From NCBI GenBank assembly GCA_965215885.1, contig CBDCEW010000079.1, positions 1 to 64,000 on the forward strand: a stretch of 64,000 nt of DNA. Reading direction: 5' to 3'. Under the pieces are notes generated by a model that searched no databases, had not been told where the DNA came from, and saw only the letters and a program-made list of their open reading frames with translations. This document shows, piece by piece, positions 62,469 to 64,000 of this stretch. How positions within the stretch are numbered: the first letter of the stretch is position 1; each line of letters opens with the position of its first letter. The position numbers were made by a program, and so were the translations under genes. The DNA comes from Candidatus Moanibacter sp. GTDB taxonomy: Bacteria > Verrucomicrobiota > Verrucomicrobiia > Opitutales > UBA2987.

Positions 62469-62699
62469 TAGTTAACTCGCTTGTCGAAGTGTTTCTAGCG
62501 GACCTACGCTCTTCAGACAAATCGAGCTATGTCGTCTCTCTCCAGCCAAAGTTTGAGCTACGACTACTCAGTGCGAAAAGACCGACTGTAGGAAGGGCGT
62601 CAGCTCTCTTAATTGCTTTCATCCGCTGCTTCAATTAGAACTCCTGGACGGATCCAGTCTGAGATCGCTATGCTCACTTCTCCTGAGATTTCGCTTCTG

Positions 62700-62962
62700 C
62701 TTTATCATCTGTTTGGACATATTCATTACCGAAATCTAAACCGCTGACTCTTTGGACCAACAGAGAAAATCCCGTTTATTACCACATTGGCTGCTTTTAT
62801 TCCTGGTGCCGCAGTTGGCTTTTCCTGATGATTCGGAAGAGTTTTTCTTGCGCCTTTTGCGCCTCTTTGCGGCAGCTTTTCGCTTCCTTTATCATCTGTT
62901 TGGACATATTCATTACCGAAATCTAAACCGCTGACTCTTTGGACCAACAGAGAAAATCCCGT
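62700..62962. repeat. ~76-bp direct duplication of the TonB-receptor start region
   Basis: CTTTATCATCTG...GAAAATCCCGT at ~62700-62775 and ~62887-62962. Confidence 0.85.
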
Positions 62963-64000
62963 CTGACCTTCCCTTATTTCTTATTTCTGGCTGAGGAGCA
63001 ACAGACGGCGCGGGACTCCAATCAATTGGCCGTTTCGGTACTAGACGAAGAGGAAATACGCAGGGCAGGTTTCGGTTCCCTTGAGAGCCTGTCCGCTGAA
63101 GTGCCAAACTTCAATGTCTCGAGCAATTCTCTCCGGTCCTTTGGTGATATATTCACCATTCGTGGGTTGAGCAATACGGCATTCTTCAGCGAACCGGCGT
63201 TAGCCCTTTATGTCGATGGCGTACCGATGGGAGATTCATATACCTATGCGATCCAATTGATGGATATTGAAGAGATTGCAATTCATAGGGGGCCTCAGGG
63301 GACGCGCTATGGGAGGAATAGTGAAGGAGGAGTGATTGATATCCGCACGAAGGGTCCGGATGATCAATATCGCGCGAGTGCATCTTTTAAGGTTGGGAGT
63401 TTCGACCGAAAGATGTTTCAACTCGCGGTGTCGGGACCAATAGTAGAGAAGAAGCTCTACTTTAGGTTGGCAGGATTGTATGAGGAACGTGGGGGATACG
63501 TTAACAACCGGCTTCTTGACAGACATACCGATACCCACGAAGCGTGGGGAGGCCACTTCAAAATTGGATGGAACCCCAACCGAGATTGGAGAATCGACTT
63601 CGGCTTCAATCTCGACCGTTTCGATGATGGATCCCAGCGAGTCACTTCTTTGGATAGTGATCCGTTTGAAGTCAGTTCAGACTTTGAGGGATTGACCCGT
63701 ATTCGCCGTGACGGGGAACACGTTCGTCTGGTTCGCACATTTGACTGGGGGACATTCGCTTCGATGAGTTCTCGGCAATTCTGGAAACTTGAGCCTAACG
63801 AACTCGATTTGGACCTATCCCCGGTTCCCGGATTCACTTCCACTATCAATCAGTGCCAGGAGCAGTGGTCGCAGGAGTTTCGATTGGAGTCGTCCATGGA
63901 GAGCAGAAGCCCATGGATGTGGAAGGCAGGACTTTTCTTATCTACCAGCGAAACGTTGGGAAATTCCCTCCGGACATTTTTCACTCCACCGATTCCCTTT
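62939..64000 (+). CDS. TonB-dependent receptor (runs off the window; 5' end disturbed)
   Basis: IRGLSN...ALYVDGVP, IEEIAIHRGPQGTRYGRNSEGGVIDI plug motifs and WSQEFRLES; no stop before 64000. Confidence 0.9.
   Translation, partial: MDQQRKSRLTFPYFLFLAEEQQTARDSNQLAVSVLDEEEIRRAGFGSLESLSAEVPNFNVSSNSLRSFGDIFTIRGLSNTAFFSEPALALYVDGVPMGDSYTYAIQLMDIEEIAIHRGPQGTRYGRNSEGGVIDIRTKGPDDQYRASASFKVGSFDRKMFQLAVSGPIVEKKLYFRLAGLYEERGGYVNNRLLDRHTDTHEAWGGHFKIGWNPNRDWRIDFGFNLDRFDDGSQRVTSLDSDPFEVSSDFEGLTRIRRDGEHVRLVRTFDWGTFASMSSRQFWKLEPNELDLDLSPVPGFTSTINQCQEQWSQEFRLESSMESRSPWMWKAGLFLSTSETLGNSLRTFFTPPIPF

Noticed and set aside
61838..62638. Small gene split by the last IS remnant
   Set aside because: An RBS and ATG lie on the left and ~57 open codons on the right, but I could not rejoin them in frame and there is no clean TSD.

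Overview
A GC-rich bacterial window, probably Verrucomicrobiota/Opitutales; this is inferred from C-terminal domains of the secreted proteins and the PilX-type cassette. Housekeeping genes (tyrS, peroxiredoxin, acnA, trpB, yicC, miaB, gmk, gnd) sit among many mobile elements. A ~1.92-kb IS5/ISNCY-like element is present as 3 full copies, 1 interrupted copy, 1 internally deleted copy and 1 solo end, with 6-bp target duplications. There is also a 2.37-kb IS with a 741-aa DDE transposase, a Mutator/IS256-like IS with a probable -1 frameshift, several MITE families and an IS200/IS605-type hairpin mini-element that follows TTTAA. The most striking non-mobile feature, at 19.6-35.4 kb, is a tandem array of three ~780-aa PilX-like minor pilins. 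Their sequences are mosaics of each other. Only one has the upstream prepilin genes (the first of which is IS-disrupted); the other two keep only remnants. A conserved upstream DNA element occurs three times, and a two-component system lies next to the array. A second accessory region encodes two integrin-alpha-like (FG-GAP) surface proteins sharing an unusual long basic leader, plus a TIGR03032 protein. Two homopolymer frameshifts and garbled chimeric repeats suggest some details may be consensus artefacts.
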